A stretch of 64,000 nt of DNA from Nitrospirota bacterium (GTDB lineage: Bacteria > Nitrospirota > UBA9217), in the NCBI GenBank assembly GCA_963740085.1, contig CAVUCU010000001.1, positions 320,001 through 384,000 of the forward strand. The letters are read 5' to 3'. Within the stretch, counting starts at the first letter, position 1. Every line of letters begins with the position of its first letter. Made by a program: the position numbers and the translations under genes. The notes under the pieces are model-generated. The model was not told where the DNA came from. It did not search any database and was given only the letters and a program-made list of their open reading frames with translations. This document shows, in pieces, positions 41,182 to 50,272 of this stretch.

Positions 41182-42495
41182 TTATCCCTGTTTCCCTTCT
41201 TCCACCCTGATCACCATCGTCGGCCCTGCCACGCAGTCCATCCTGTTGATCTCATCGAGCGCCCTGCGCACGTCGCGCTCGACCGCCTCGTGGCTCATCA
41301 TCACCAGGGGGACGGCCTCGGCAGCGCCGCGGCCCTTCTGTATGACGGACGAAATGCTGATATTGTTCTTGCCGAGCACGCCGGAGACCCTCGATAGGAC
41401 CCCGGGTTTGTCCCTGACCGAGAAGCGCAAATAATAGCAGGAGAGGATATCGTCCATCGCGCGGATCTTCAGCACCGAACGTTCACGGAAGGCCACGAGC
41501 GGCGACCGGTTCACGCTGCCTGCAAGAATGTCTCTGCCTATCTCGATGATATCGCCCACCACCGCGCTGCCCGTAGGCATGTCGCCCGCGCCTCGCCCGT
41601 AGAACATCGTGGAACCAACTGCGTCGCCCACGATCGAAAGCGCGTTGAAGACGCCATCCACCGCGGCAATGGGGTACTCCCCGGGAAGCATGGTCGGATG
41701 CACCCGCGCCTCGACCTCGCCATCCACCATCTTGGTGATCGCCAGCAGCTTTATCTTGTAACCGAGTTCTTTTGCGAAATCGATATCCAGCGGCGTGATC
41801 TTCGAGATCCCCTCGGTATAGATATCGTTGAACTTCACCGGTGTTCCGTAGGCAAGCATGGTAAGCACCGCGAGCTTATGCGCCGAATCGATGCCTTCGA
41901 TATCGAACGTGGGATCAGCCTCGGCATACCCCTTGGCCTGGGCCTCTTTCAGCACCTCATCGAACTTCCTTCCCTCATTCGTCATAAGCGTCAGGATGTA
42001 GTTGCAGGTGCCGTTCACGATGCCATGGATGGACTGAATATTGTTCGCGGCGAGCCCGTTTCTGACGGCCGCAAGGATCGGAATACCGCCGGCAACCGAT
42101 GCCTCGAACCCGACCGTGACTCCAGCCTTCTCCGCTGCCGCGTAGATCTCCTCGCCGTGCACCGCCAGGAGCGCTTTGTTCGCCGTCACCACATGCTTTT
42201 TGTTCCTGAGCGCCTCAAGGATGAAATCCCTGGCGGGCTTGTACCCGCCGATCAGCTCGACTACGATGTCGATTTCAGGGTCAGTGATCAGCGATTGTGC
42301 ATCGTTCGTGAGCTTCACGTCGCCCAATTTTATACCCCGGTCGCGTTTGGGATCGAGGTCCGATATCTTTTTGAGGACAACGGGGGCTCCGAGCCTTCGT
42401 TTAATGATATCAGCGTTATCGATCAGGATGCGGGCCGTGCCCGTACCCACCGTGCCAAAGCCGATGATACCCACGTTGATTGATTTCTTGGTCAA
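41182..42495 (-). CDS. hom: Homoserine dehydrogenase with ACT domain
   Basis: GFGTVG, VVTANKA, FEASVAGGIP, GYAEADPTFD motifs and C-terminal ACT domain. Confidence 0.97.
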   Translation of the reverse strand: MTKKSINVGIIGFGTVGTGTARILIDNADIIKRRLGAPVVLKKISDLDPKRDRGIKLGDVKLTNDAQSLITDPEIDIVVELIGGYKPARDFILEALRNKKHVVTANKALLAVHGEEIYAAAEKAGVTVGFEASVAGGIPILAAVRNGLAANNIQSIHGIVNGTCNYILTLMTNEGRKFDEVLKEAQAKGYAEADPTFDIEGIDSAHKLAVLTMLAYGTPVKFNDIYTEGISKITPLDIDFAKELGYKIKLLAITKMVDGEVEARVHPTMLPGEYPIAAVDGVFNALSIVGDAVGSTMFYGRGAGDMPTGSAVVGDIIEIGRDILAGSVNRSPLVAFRERSVLKIRAMDDILSCYYLRFSVRDKPGVLSRVSGVLGKNNISISSVIQKGRGAAEAVPLVMMSHEAVERDVRRALDEINRMDCVAGPTMVIRVEEGKQG

Positions 42496-42823
42496 GTTCC
42501 GATCCTCTTTTCCTGAGGTGATATTGATGATAATAGCAAAGACACAATGCGGCTGGGACCCATGATCCTGCCGAAACGCTCAGGCAGCTCTAACCCGTTA
42601 TTTTTCATAGAATTTTTTATAACCAGGCTGATCAAAAAGCGAAACTGATAATAAAACACTATGTACCTTTTGTCAATAACAAATACTTATAGAACGCCCT
42701 CAGCACGGCCTTTTGAAGACGTGACCTCCAAGAAAAAGCTTGATTTATCAGACCGCCTGTGATAAGTTTCATCTCTTAAAACTGAGTAAGGTCGATTCCC
42801 GGACAGGATACGAAGCGGGATTA

Positions 42824-42870
42824 CTCCTTGCTCCCTGCGTGCCAGCAGGGGGCTATAACCCATGAGGAGG
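42824..42870 (+). promoter_or_regulatory. Putative S6:S18-responsive rpsF leader
   Basis: ctcct pairs with aggag in the SD. Inner stem gctccctgc/gcagggggc. Unpaired CC-rich 3' linker. This matches the known rpsF leader architecture. Confidence 0.7.
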
Positions 42871-42879
42871 CAAACAATA

Positions 42880-43248
42880 ATGCATCTGTACGAATCAATA
42901 TTCATCATCAACGCCAACCAGACCGACGAAGAGATCGCCAACGTGATCAAGAAGATGCAGGAAGTGGTCGCGAAGCAGGGCGGCGAAATGATCAAATTTG
43001 AGGACTGGGGCAAAAAGAAGCTTGCCTATGAGATCAAGAAGCAGAAGCGCGGCCACTACGTGTTTTTCCAGTTCAAGGCTGCGCCCGGCGCGGTAAGCGA
43101 ACTCGAGCGCACATTCAAGCTCACCGATTCGGTGATAAAGTTCCTGACCGTAAAGCTCGAAAAGGAACTGCGCACCAGGCCGGCCCCGAAGCCGAAGAAG
43201 AAGGACCTCGCCAAGGCAGCGGCAGAGGCGGGACATGCCGCGGCATAG
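42880..43248 (+). CDS. rpsF: 30S ribosomal protein S6
   Basis: YESIFI and WG.KKLAYEIKK...GHY motifs. Confidence 0.97.
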   Translation: MHLYESIFIINANQTDEEIANVIKKMQEVVAKQGGEMIKFEDWGKKKLAYEIKKQKRGHYVFFQFKAAPGAVSELERTFKLTDSVIKFLTVKLEKELRTRPAPKPKKKDLAKAAAEAGHAAA

Positions 43249-43333
43249 CCCCTGACCACCGGTCACATTCGTCCGATCCCCCGCATGCACTTGGAAAAGA
43301 TGCATGAGGACATCGTGAAAATCGAGGTAACCC

Positions 43334-43747
43334 ATGACAAGCTTCAATAAAGTGATCCTGCTGGGCAATCTCACCCGCGATCCCGAGGTGCGCTACACGC
43401 CGAACGGCAGCGCGGTTGCGAGCTTTGCCATCGCGATCAACCGAAAGTATAAGCATGGTGAAGAGACCAAGGAAGAGGTCAGTTATTTCGACATCGTCGT
43501 GTTCGGCAAGCAGGCCGAGAACTGCGGGCAATATCTCAACAAGGGAGACGGGGCACTGATCGAAGGCAGGCTGCAGCAGCGCCGGTGGGAGGACAAAGAT
43601 TCCGGTCAGAAGCGAAGCAAGATAGAAGTGGCCGCGCAGTCGGTGCATTTCATGCCGAAGCGCTCGTCGACCGGCCAGGGCGGCGGTCACAGCCAGTCTG
43701 AACCTGCGTCCGAAACACCCGTGGATGAGGGAGAGATTCCCTTCTAA
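43334..43747 (+). CDS. ssb: Single-stranded DNA-binding protein
   Basis: NKVILLGNLTRDPEVRY, IEGRL and acidic IPF tail. Confidence 0.97.
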   Translation: MTSFNKVILLGNLTRDPEVRYTPNGSAVASFAIAINRKYKHGEETKEEVSYFDIVVFGKQAENCGQYLNKGDGALIEGRLQQRRWEDKDSGQKRSKIEVAAQSVHFMPKRSSTGQGGGHSQSEPASETPVDEGEIPF

Positions 43748-43790
43748 CCGCTTTTTGAAAACTATTAATTACTAAGAGGAGTTCACTATT

Positions 43791-44093
43791 ATGGCAGCGT
43801 ATCCAGCACGTTCTTCAGAACGGCCTTCTGACTCGAGAGGCAGCAGAGGAGACAGTAGAGGCCCGAACAAAAGGCGTTTCCAGGTCCGGAAAAAGGTTTG
43901 CCGGTTCTGCGTCGACAAGACCCCTTTCATCGATTACAAGGACATCAAGACGCTCAGATTCTTCGTCACCGAGCGTGGCAAGATCCTTCCCCGCCGCATC
44001 TCCGGCAACTGCGCGCGGCATCAGCGCGAGGTCACCGTTGCGGTGCAGCGATGCAGGAACATCGCGCTCCTGCCCTTCTCGGGGGAGAAGTAA
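43791..44093 (+). CDS. rpsR: 30S ribosomal protein S18 (Zn-binding form)
   Basis: KVCRFC, IDYKD and [15 protein letters not shown] motifs. Confidence 0.97.
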   Translation: MAAYPARSSERPSDSRGSRGDSRGPNKRRFQVRKKVCRFCVDKTPFIDYKDIKTLRFFVTERGKILPRRISGNCARHQREVTVAVQRCRNIALLPFSGEK

Positions 44094-44131
44094 ACCGGGC
44101 GCGGAAGCGAATTCAGTTTGATTCAGATCCC

Positions 44132-44180
44132 AGGGAAACCCGGCGGTTACTCATCAGTGACCCTGAGTTTCCCTTTTTTT
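44132..44180 (+). terminator. Rho-independent terminator after rpsR
   Basis: agggaaac...gtttccct stem followed by a T run. Confidence 0.7.
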
Positions 44181-44214
44181 ATTATTTGACTATCATGAAA
44201 AGTAACTACTCGGA

Positions 44215-44353
44215 TTGGCCGCAAAAGAACGCAAAGATCTCAAAGAAAAAACCTGCAACCATGTATTTTGTTTTAATTCTCTCTGCGATCCTTGCGTTCT
44301 TTTTCGCGGCTAACAGCTTTTTACCTGAATTTATCCGTGTCCATCCGTGGTTA
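44215..44353. repeat. Paired inverted-repeat element plus an orphan cacggat-type arm
   Basis: ttggccgcaaaagaacgcaaaga / tctctgcgatccttgcgttctttttcgcggctaa, then atccgtgtccatccgtggtta. Confidence 0.75.
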
Positions 44354-44381
44354 AGCATGTCTTGATTATCTGGAGATCGCT

Positions 44382-45314
44382 ATGAACTACCGCGCCATCC
44401 TCATCGCCACCATACAGACCCTCGGGCTTTTTGTTTCCGGGTTCGTCATCCCCCTGCTCGGTCAGATGGTCGCCCTGTTCACGCCCGTGCCGCTCATACT
44501 CATCTATGTCCGGAACGGCAAGCAGGCAGGACTGCTAACGCTCGTCGCGTCAAGCGTCGTCATGTTTCTCCTCGGCGGATGGCAGGCCGCGGCCATTCTC
44601 ATTCTCAGTTTCGGCCTGATGGCCATCGGCACTTCGGAAGGCATTCGCAGGAACTTGAAACCCGAACAAACCTCACTCCTGGGCGGACTTCTGCCGATAG
44701 CGGTGCTGGGTGCGATCGTTGTGTTCTATCTCGTCCGGGTCGGCAATAACCCGATCACCGAGGTAGAGGCCTATCTCCGGGAGATCATAGCCAATTCAGC
44801 AAAGACCTACACGACCATGGGGCTCACGGAAATGGCGGCCGTGGTCTCATCCATCCCTGACTCCTTTGTCTATTATCTGACAAGGCTCATCCCCAGCATT
44901 ACCATTGCCACCTCGGTGACGCAGGCTGCCTGCTGTTTCGGCATTGCGCGCGCCATCCTCATGCGAAATCCAGGACCGGAACCGTTGCCCGCACAGCCCT
45001 CGCTCGCAGTATGGCACGCGCCGGACTCATGGGTATGGGGCCTCATCGCGGCCCTTGCCCTCATCATCTTCCCCGGGGAGACGCCGAGGTTCATCGGGTG
45101 GAATATTGCCATTCTGTTTGCCGTGCTCTATCTCGTGCAGGGCAGCGTTATCGTGGAGAACTATCTCCGAAAGACGGGCATCAGGGCCTTTGGCCGCGGC
45201 CTGATCCTCGCGCTCATCCTGGTCATGCCCTCCGTCGTTTTCGTGATCGCCCTCGGCGTCGTAGATATCTGGGCGGACTTCCGCAAAGTAAGGGGGCCCG
45301 TCGCGATTTCGTAG
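44382..45314 (+). CDS. DUF2232 (YybS-like) membrane protein
   Basis: Multi-TM protein with P.PL, W..P...VW, QG and LG..D.W.DFR motifs. Usual position after rpsR. Confidence 0.88.
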   Translation: MNYRAILIATIQTLGLFVSGFVIPLLGQMVALFTPVPLILIYVRNGKQAGLLTLVASSVVMFLLGGWQAAAILILSFGLMAIGTSEGIRRNLKPEQTSLLGGLLPIAVLGAIVVFYLVRVGNNPITEVEAYLREIIANSAKTYTTMGLTEMAAVVSSIPDSFVYYLTRLIPSITIATSVTQAACCFGIARAILMRNPGPEPLPAQPSLAVWHAPDSWVWGLIAALALIIFPGETPRFIGWNIAILFAVLYLVQGSVIVENYLRKTGIRAFGRGLILALILVMPSVVFVIALGVVDIWADFRKVRGPVAIS

Positions 45315-45384
45315 ATCTTCGCTCCGTGCGGTGCAATAACGTGATCGCGTGGTTAAACAGAACAAGAACGAAAAGGAGGATCGG

Positions 45385-45810
45385 ATGATGATTCGTAGAA
45401 TTCTCTGTCTGGTTATAGCTGGTTCGATACTGTCAGGCGGTATTGCCATCGCGAGCAATGCCGGAAAAGAAAAGGCTGCCATATCCGCGGCCAAGAAATG
45501 GCTCGCAATTGTTGATGCAGGGGACTATGCAGCAAGCTGGAAAGAAGCCGCTGCTTTCTTAAAGAATACCGTCAAGCCCGAGCAATTGGAGCTATCAATG
45601 AAGGCGACCCGCAAGCCGCTCGGCAAAGTCACGTCAAGAAAAATGAAGACGAAAAACTACAGGACCTCTCTGCCCGGCGCACCCGATGGAGAGTATGTTG
45701 TCATCCAGTTCGAGACGTCCTTTGAGAACAAGAAAAAATCGATTGAGACAGTGACGCCCATGAAGGACAAGGATGGAAAGTGGCGTGTCTCCGGTTACTA
45801 CATAAAATAG
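45385..45810 (+). CDS. DUF4019 exported protein
   Basis: WL..VD.G.Y..SW, R.PLG, LPGAPDGEYVV and WRVSGYYIK motifs. Confidence 0.9.
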   Translation: MMIRRILCLVIAGSILSGGIAIASNAGKEKAAISAAKKWLAIVDAGDYAASWKEAAAFLKNTVKPEQLELSMKATRKPLGKVTSRKMKTKNYRTSLPGAPDGEYVVIQFETSFENKKKSIETVTPMKDKDGKWRVSGYYIK

Positions 45811-45825
45811 CACCCTTCTCTGCCA

Positions 45826-48069
45826 TCATGTCCGGTTCTTCAGGAAAGCCTTCTTCAGGTCGTTGATGTCCGGCTGCGGTTTTTGGGGCTTCTGCTGCGG
45901 CTGCGTCTGCGACCGGTCCTGCTTCGGTCTGTCCGGATCCTTCTTTAATGACAGCGATATCCTTTTCCTTTTCACATCGACCTCAAGCACCGTTGCCGTC
46001 ACCTTCTGGTTCACCTTCACCACCTCGTTGGGATCTTTGATGTAGCGGTCTGAAAGCTGGCTGATATGCGCAAGGCCGTCCTGATGCACGCCGATATCGA
46101 TGAACGCGCCGAACGCGGTGATGTTCGTGACCACACCCGGCAGCTTCATTCCTGGCATCACGTCCTCGATCTTCTCCACATTGTCGGCAAAACTGAAGTT
46201 TTCGAACTGTTCCCGGGGGTCTCTTCCCGGCTTGGCAAGCTCAGCCATGATGTCCTTTAACGTCGGCAGGCCGATCGTATCGGTCACATATTTATCGAGA
46301 TCTATCTTTTTTCGAAGTGCGTCGTTCCGCATCAGGTCCGGCATTGCGCAGTTCAGGTCCTTTGCCATGGCATCCACGATGGGATACGCCTCAGGATGCA
46401 CCGCGCTCGCGTCGAGCGGATTGGAGCCGTCACTGATGCGCAGAAAACCTGCCGCCTGCTCAAAGGTCTTCGGCCCCAGCTTGTTCACGTTTTTCAATTC
46501 CTCACGTGATTGGAACGGGCCGTGCTGATTGCGATGTTCAACGACATTCCCGGCGAGCTGCGGCCCAAGGCCGGAAACGTACATCAGCAGTTGTTTACTC
46601 GCCGTATTCACCTCGACGCCGACAAAATTCACGCAGCTCATCACCACGTCATCGAGGCTCCGTTTGAGCGCGGGCTGGTCAACATCGTGCTGGTACTGTC
46701 CCACGCCGATGGACTTGGGGTCGATCTTTACCAGCTCTGCCAGGGGGTCCATGAGCCTGCGTCCGATCGAGACCGAGCCGCGTACCGTAAGGTCCTGATC
46801 AGGGAACTCTTCCCTCGCGATCTCGGATGCTGAATAGATCGATGCGCCGCTCTCGTTCACCATCACGATCTGGACCTGCGCCGGCAGGCCGAGCTGCCTT
46901 GCAAAGGCCTCGGTCTCTCGGCCCGCGGTCCCGTTGCCGATGGCGATCGCCTCCACGTCATAGCGCTTGCAAAGTTCAATGATCTTTGCTCCCGCCTCTC
47001 CTGTGTTCTTTTCGGAAAAATGCGGATAGATTACGTCAGTGTGGAGCAACTTTCCCTGCCGGTCGATGCAGACCACTTTGCACCCCGTGCGGAAACCTGG
47101 ATCAATGGCAAGAACGTTCTTTTGACCCAGGGGCGGGGAAAGCAAAAGCTGGCGTATATTCTCTGCAAACACACGGATCGCCTCTGCATCGGCCCGCTCC
47201 TTGGTCGCGACCCTGGTCTCCGTTTCCATGGACAACGACAGGAGCCGTTTATAGCAGTCATGGACCGCGAGCTTCACTTGCTGCGCAGCAGGATTGTCCC
47301 CCTTTACCACCAGGTCCTCGAGCAAACCAAGGGCATCTTCCTCGGGCGGAGTGGCGCGCAGGATCAGGAATCCTTCCTTCTCTCCCCGCCTCATGGCAAG
47401 GATCCGGTGGGACGGAGCGGACGAGATCGGCTCCTGCCAGTCAAAGTAGTCCTTGTATTTGATCCCCTCTTCTTCTTTTCCAATGATCACTTTGGTCCTG
47501 AACCGGCCCTTGGAAGCGAATAGCTCACGCATCTTCGCGCGAACATTCTGGTCCTCGTTCACCCATTCTGCGATGATGTCGCGCGCGCCGCTCAATGCGT
47601 CTTCCGCGGTCTCAACACCCTTCTCTTTGTCCACGAAAGCAACGGCCTCGGCAGCAGGGTCGACGGATATCTCCTGCGAGAACAGCCGCAGGGCCAATGG
47701 CTCGAGCCCCTTCTCCCGGGCGATCGTCGCTCTTGTGCGCCGCTTTGGACGAAAGGGAAGATAAATATCCTCAAGGACCGTCAAGGTCGCAGCTTTAAGG
47801 ACCTCTGCCTTCAGTTCCTCGGTCAGCAGACCCCTTTCTTCAAGGGACTTCAGCACCGCCTCACGCCGTTTGTCCAGTTCCCGGAGCTGTGCCAACCTGT
47901 CTCGGATCGCGAAGACCGCGACCTCGTCAAGCGAGCCGGTGGCCTCCTTCCGGTAGCGTGAGATGAACGGCACCGTAGCACCCTCGTCAAGGAGCGCCGC
48001 GCAGGCTTGCACCTGTTTTTCGGACACGTTGAGCTCTGCGGCAATGATGCTGATATGTCCTGTCGTCAT
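45826..48069 (-). CDS. tex: Tex RNA-binding transcription accessory protein
   Basis: TVPFISRYRKE, DPGFRTGCK, IGNGTAGRET, KSIGVGQYQHD and C-terminal S1 domain. Confidence 0.96.
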   Translation of the reverse strand: MTTGHISIIAAELNVSEKQVQACAALLDEGATVPFISRYRKEATGSLDEVAVFAIRDRLAQLRELDKRREAVLKSLEERGLLTEELKAEVLKAATLTVLEDIYLPFRPKRRTRATIAREKGLEPLALRLFSQEISVDPAAEAVAFVDKEKGVETAEDALSGARDIIAEWVNEDQNVRAKMRELFASKGRFRTKVIIGKEEEGIKYKDYFDWQEPISSAPSHRILAMRRGEKEGFLILRATPPEEDALGLLEDLVVKGDNPAAQQVKLAVHDCYKRLLSLSMETETRVATKERADAEAIRVFAENIRQLLLSPPLGQKNVLAIDPGFRTGCKVVCIDRQGKLLHTDVIYPHFSEKNTGEAGAKIIELCKRYDVEAIAIGNGTAGRETEAFARQLGLPAQVQIVMVNESGASIYSASEIAREEFPDQDLTVRGSVSIGRRLMDPLAELVKIDPKSIGVGQYQHDVDQPALKRSLDDVVMSCVNFVGVEVNTASKQLLMYVSGLGPQLAGNVVEHRNQHGPFQSREELKNVNKLGPKTFEQAAGFLRISDGSNPLDASAVHPEAYPIVDAMAKDLNCAMPDLMRNDALRKKIDLDKYVTDTIGLPTLKDIMAELAKPGRDPREQFENFSFADNVEKIEDVMPGMKLPGVVTNITAFGAFIDIGVHQDGLAHISQLSDRYIKDPNEVVKVNQKVTATVLEVDVKRKRISLSLKKDPDRPKQDRSQTQPQQKPQKPQPDINDLKKAFLKNRT

Positions 48070-48242
48070 GGTGTTCCTTCTTGAGAGCGATAAGGCGGGT
48101 AGTGTAGCAAAAGGGATGGAGGATGTAAAGAAGAGAAGAGCGCGGGAGCGATTTGACCGCTTTCTTTGTAAACATGAAAGCGGCCACATCCGAACCGAAA
48201 CAACTTCTTGACCCTCCTCTACCTTTCAGATACACTTTTTAC

Positions 48243-48316
48243 ATGCTGAAAACCATTGACGAAATACGAGACACGATCATCAGCAAATATGACCCGGACA
48301 GGATCATCCTGTTCGG
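48243..48316 (+). pseudogene. N-terminal fragment of a minimal nucleotidyltransferase (MNT)
   Basis: MLKTIDEIRDTIISKYDPDRIILFG breaks off where GSxARG would follow. Promoter TTGACC-17-TACACT directly upstream. Confidence 0.6.
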
Positions 48317-48557
48317 GAAGAATTATATTGAACCTGTTGGGTTTCACTTTGTTCTACCCAACCTACAACTAAAAAATATCCACTCACGGTTATCCATTCA
48401 CGGTTCTTGACATCTCCCCGAATCAGGCCTATATTCTTCCTGGATAATTTCTTCTTTAAACGAATTACATTTTCGTTAATCTCTTCTTGTCGGATTAGTG
48501 CTGCAGCCCGAACACGGTTGGCATGTTCTAATGGATACGCGTGTGTAAGGAGGATTT

Positions 48558-49409
48558 ATGTTGCCTGAGGTCAACAAACCGTTTATGAAGATTATGCTTT
48601 TGGTTTTCCTCATTGCAGGCAACCTGCTTTACTCCGCAGCAATGGCTGAGGAGGTTTTAACAATAGGCGGCGTCGGCAGTTCGCTGGGATCTATGCGGAT
48701 AATTGCAGATGCATTTGAGAAGTCTCATCCGCACGTAACAGTTAAAATACTCCCCAGTTTGGGCAGCACCGGAGGTATCAAGGCTGTGTTGAGCGGCACC
48801 ATAGATATCGGGCTGAGCGGCAGGTCGATGAAGGACGATGAACGCCGACAGGGTTTCATTGAAACAGAGTATGCAAAGTCGCCCTTTGTGTTCGTTACCA
48901 ACAAGATCAGCGCGGTGACTGGTTTGACGATCCATGAACTTGCGGAAATCTATGAAGGGAAAAGACAGGCCTGGTCCGACGGTTCCCGAATTCGTCTGGT
49001 TCTCCGTCCAGTTACTGACGTTGATACCAGTATGCTTGAAAGTATCTCTCCGGAAATGAGTCGGGCAGTTAAAATTGCATCATCCCGCCCGGGGATGATA
49101 GTGGCAATTACAAATCAGGAAAGTGACGCAGCAGTGGAAAGGATTCCCGGTTCGCTGGGGACATCCACATTAACCCAGGTAATTTCTGAGAAAAGAAATT
49201 TGAAAATATTGTCCCTCGATGGCGTAATGCCTACCGTCAGGAATCTCAGACAAGGGTCATACCCTCTGGTAAAGAGGTTTCTTATCGTCACAAAAACAAA
49301 ACCATCTCCACTTGCTCAAAGGTTCATTGATTTTCTCAGGGCCAACGACGGCAGGAAGATATTGGAAGGAACAGGAAGCATTGTTATTGCCGGTACCGGG
49401 AGTCGGTAA
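48558..49409 (+). CDS. PstS-like periplasmic substrate-binding protein
   Basis: Signal peptide, IGG.GS, SLGSTGGIKA...G.IDIGLS.R, W.DG..I..VLRP and YPL motifs. Confidence 0.85.
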   Translation: MLPEVNKPFMKIMLLVFLIAGNLLYSAAMAEEVLTIGGVGSSLGSMRIIADAFEKSHPHVTVKILPSLGSTGGIKAVLSGTIDIGLSGRSMKDDERRQGFIETEYAKSPFVFVTNKISAVTGLTIHELAEIYEGKRQAWSDGSRIRLVLRPVTDVDTSMLESISPEMSRAVKIASSRPGMIVAITNQESDAAVERIPGSLGTSTLTQVISEKRNLKILSLDGVMPTVRNLRQGSYPLVKRFLIVTKTKPSPLAQRFIDFLRANDGRKILEGTGSIVIAGTGSR

Positions 49410-50203
49410 TGCAGGTAAAAAAGACAAATCAACATAAGGTGATTATCTGGCTAACCGGTATTATTATTACAAGTGTTGCGATCACCATCCCCCTGGGATA
49501 TTTTTATATTTCTTATAATCACTTGCAGGGGCATCTTGAGGCTGAAGCAGAAAACACTGCGAATATCATCACACAGATAATCAGTGCAAATCCGCAATAT
49601 TGGGAATTTGAGCAAGTACGATTAAAAGAATACCTTTCCCATCGTCCGCAATTAGGCTATAAGGAGATACGTCGCCTGGTCAATGCTAAAAATAAGATCG
49701 TTGCCGAAAGCGCGGACGCGGTAACGTCTCCGGTCTTAACATCGTCGTTTGCTGTTAGGGATGCGGGAATGGTTGTTGGAAAGATTGAAATATCCACTTC
49801 TCTGATGCCCCTGATGAAGCAATCCGGGCTCTTACTGCTCTTGACATTGTCCTTCGGTTTCGGGCTATTCTTGGCATTCTATTTTGTTCCGATTCAAACG
49901 CTGCGCAACGAGGAAAAACTGCGGCTTCAGGCGGAGGCAGAAAAGAACGAAGTCATTGCTGAACTCACAGAAGCTGTTTCCAAGATCAAAACCCTGAGCG
50001 GGATGCTTCCGATCTGCGCTTCGTGCAAGAAGATAAGGGATGACACAGGTTATTGGGAAGAGGTCGCATCGTATATTACCAAGCATACCGAAGTTTTATT
50101 CAGCCACGGGTTGTGTCCGGAATGTGAAAAAAAGACGTATCAGGACTTGGAGGCATTTTTAAAAGACGATAAATCTGAACCCGGGCAGAAGCAGTCGGAA
50201 TGA
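49409..50203 (+). CDS. Two-TM sensor-like protein with C-terminal CxxC...H..CxxC domain
   Basis: TM, periplasmic domain, TM and coiled coil, then LPICASCKKIRDD.GYW....YI......FSHGLCPEC. Coupled to the upstream gene (TAATG). Confidence 0.8.
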   Translation: MQVKKTNQHKVIIWLTGIIITSVAITIPLGYFYISYNHLQGHLEAEAENTANIITQIISANPQYWEFEQVRLKEYLSHRPQLGYKEIRRLVNAKNKIVAESADAVTSPVLTSSFAVRDAGMVVGKIEISTSLMPLMKQSGLLLLLTLSFGFGLFLAFYFVPIQTLRNEEKLRLQAEAEKNEVIAELTEAVSKIKTLSGMLPICASCKKIRDDTGYWEEVASYITKHTEVLFSHGLCPECEKKTYQDLEAFLKDDKSEPGQKQSE

Positions 50204-50272
50204 GAAAGAGAACCATCAAAACGTTCGGGGCCGGTAATTGTTATTTCCTTTACTTAACATACAGGAAGGCTT

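Noticed and set aside
42540-42600. Glycine-riboswitch-like words (ccgaa...ctcagg)
   Set aside because: The aptamer is incomplete and has no suitable downstream gene. No riboswitch was seen before gcvT or mtnA either.
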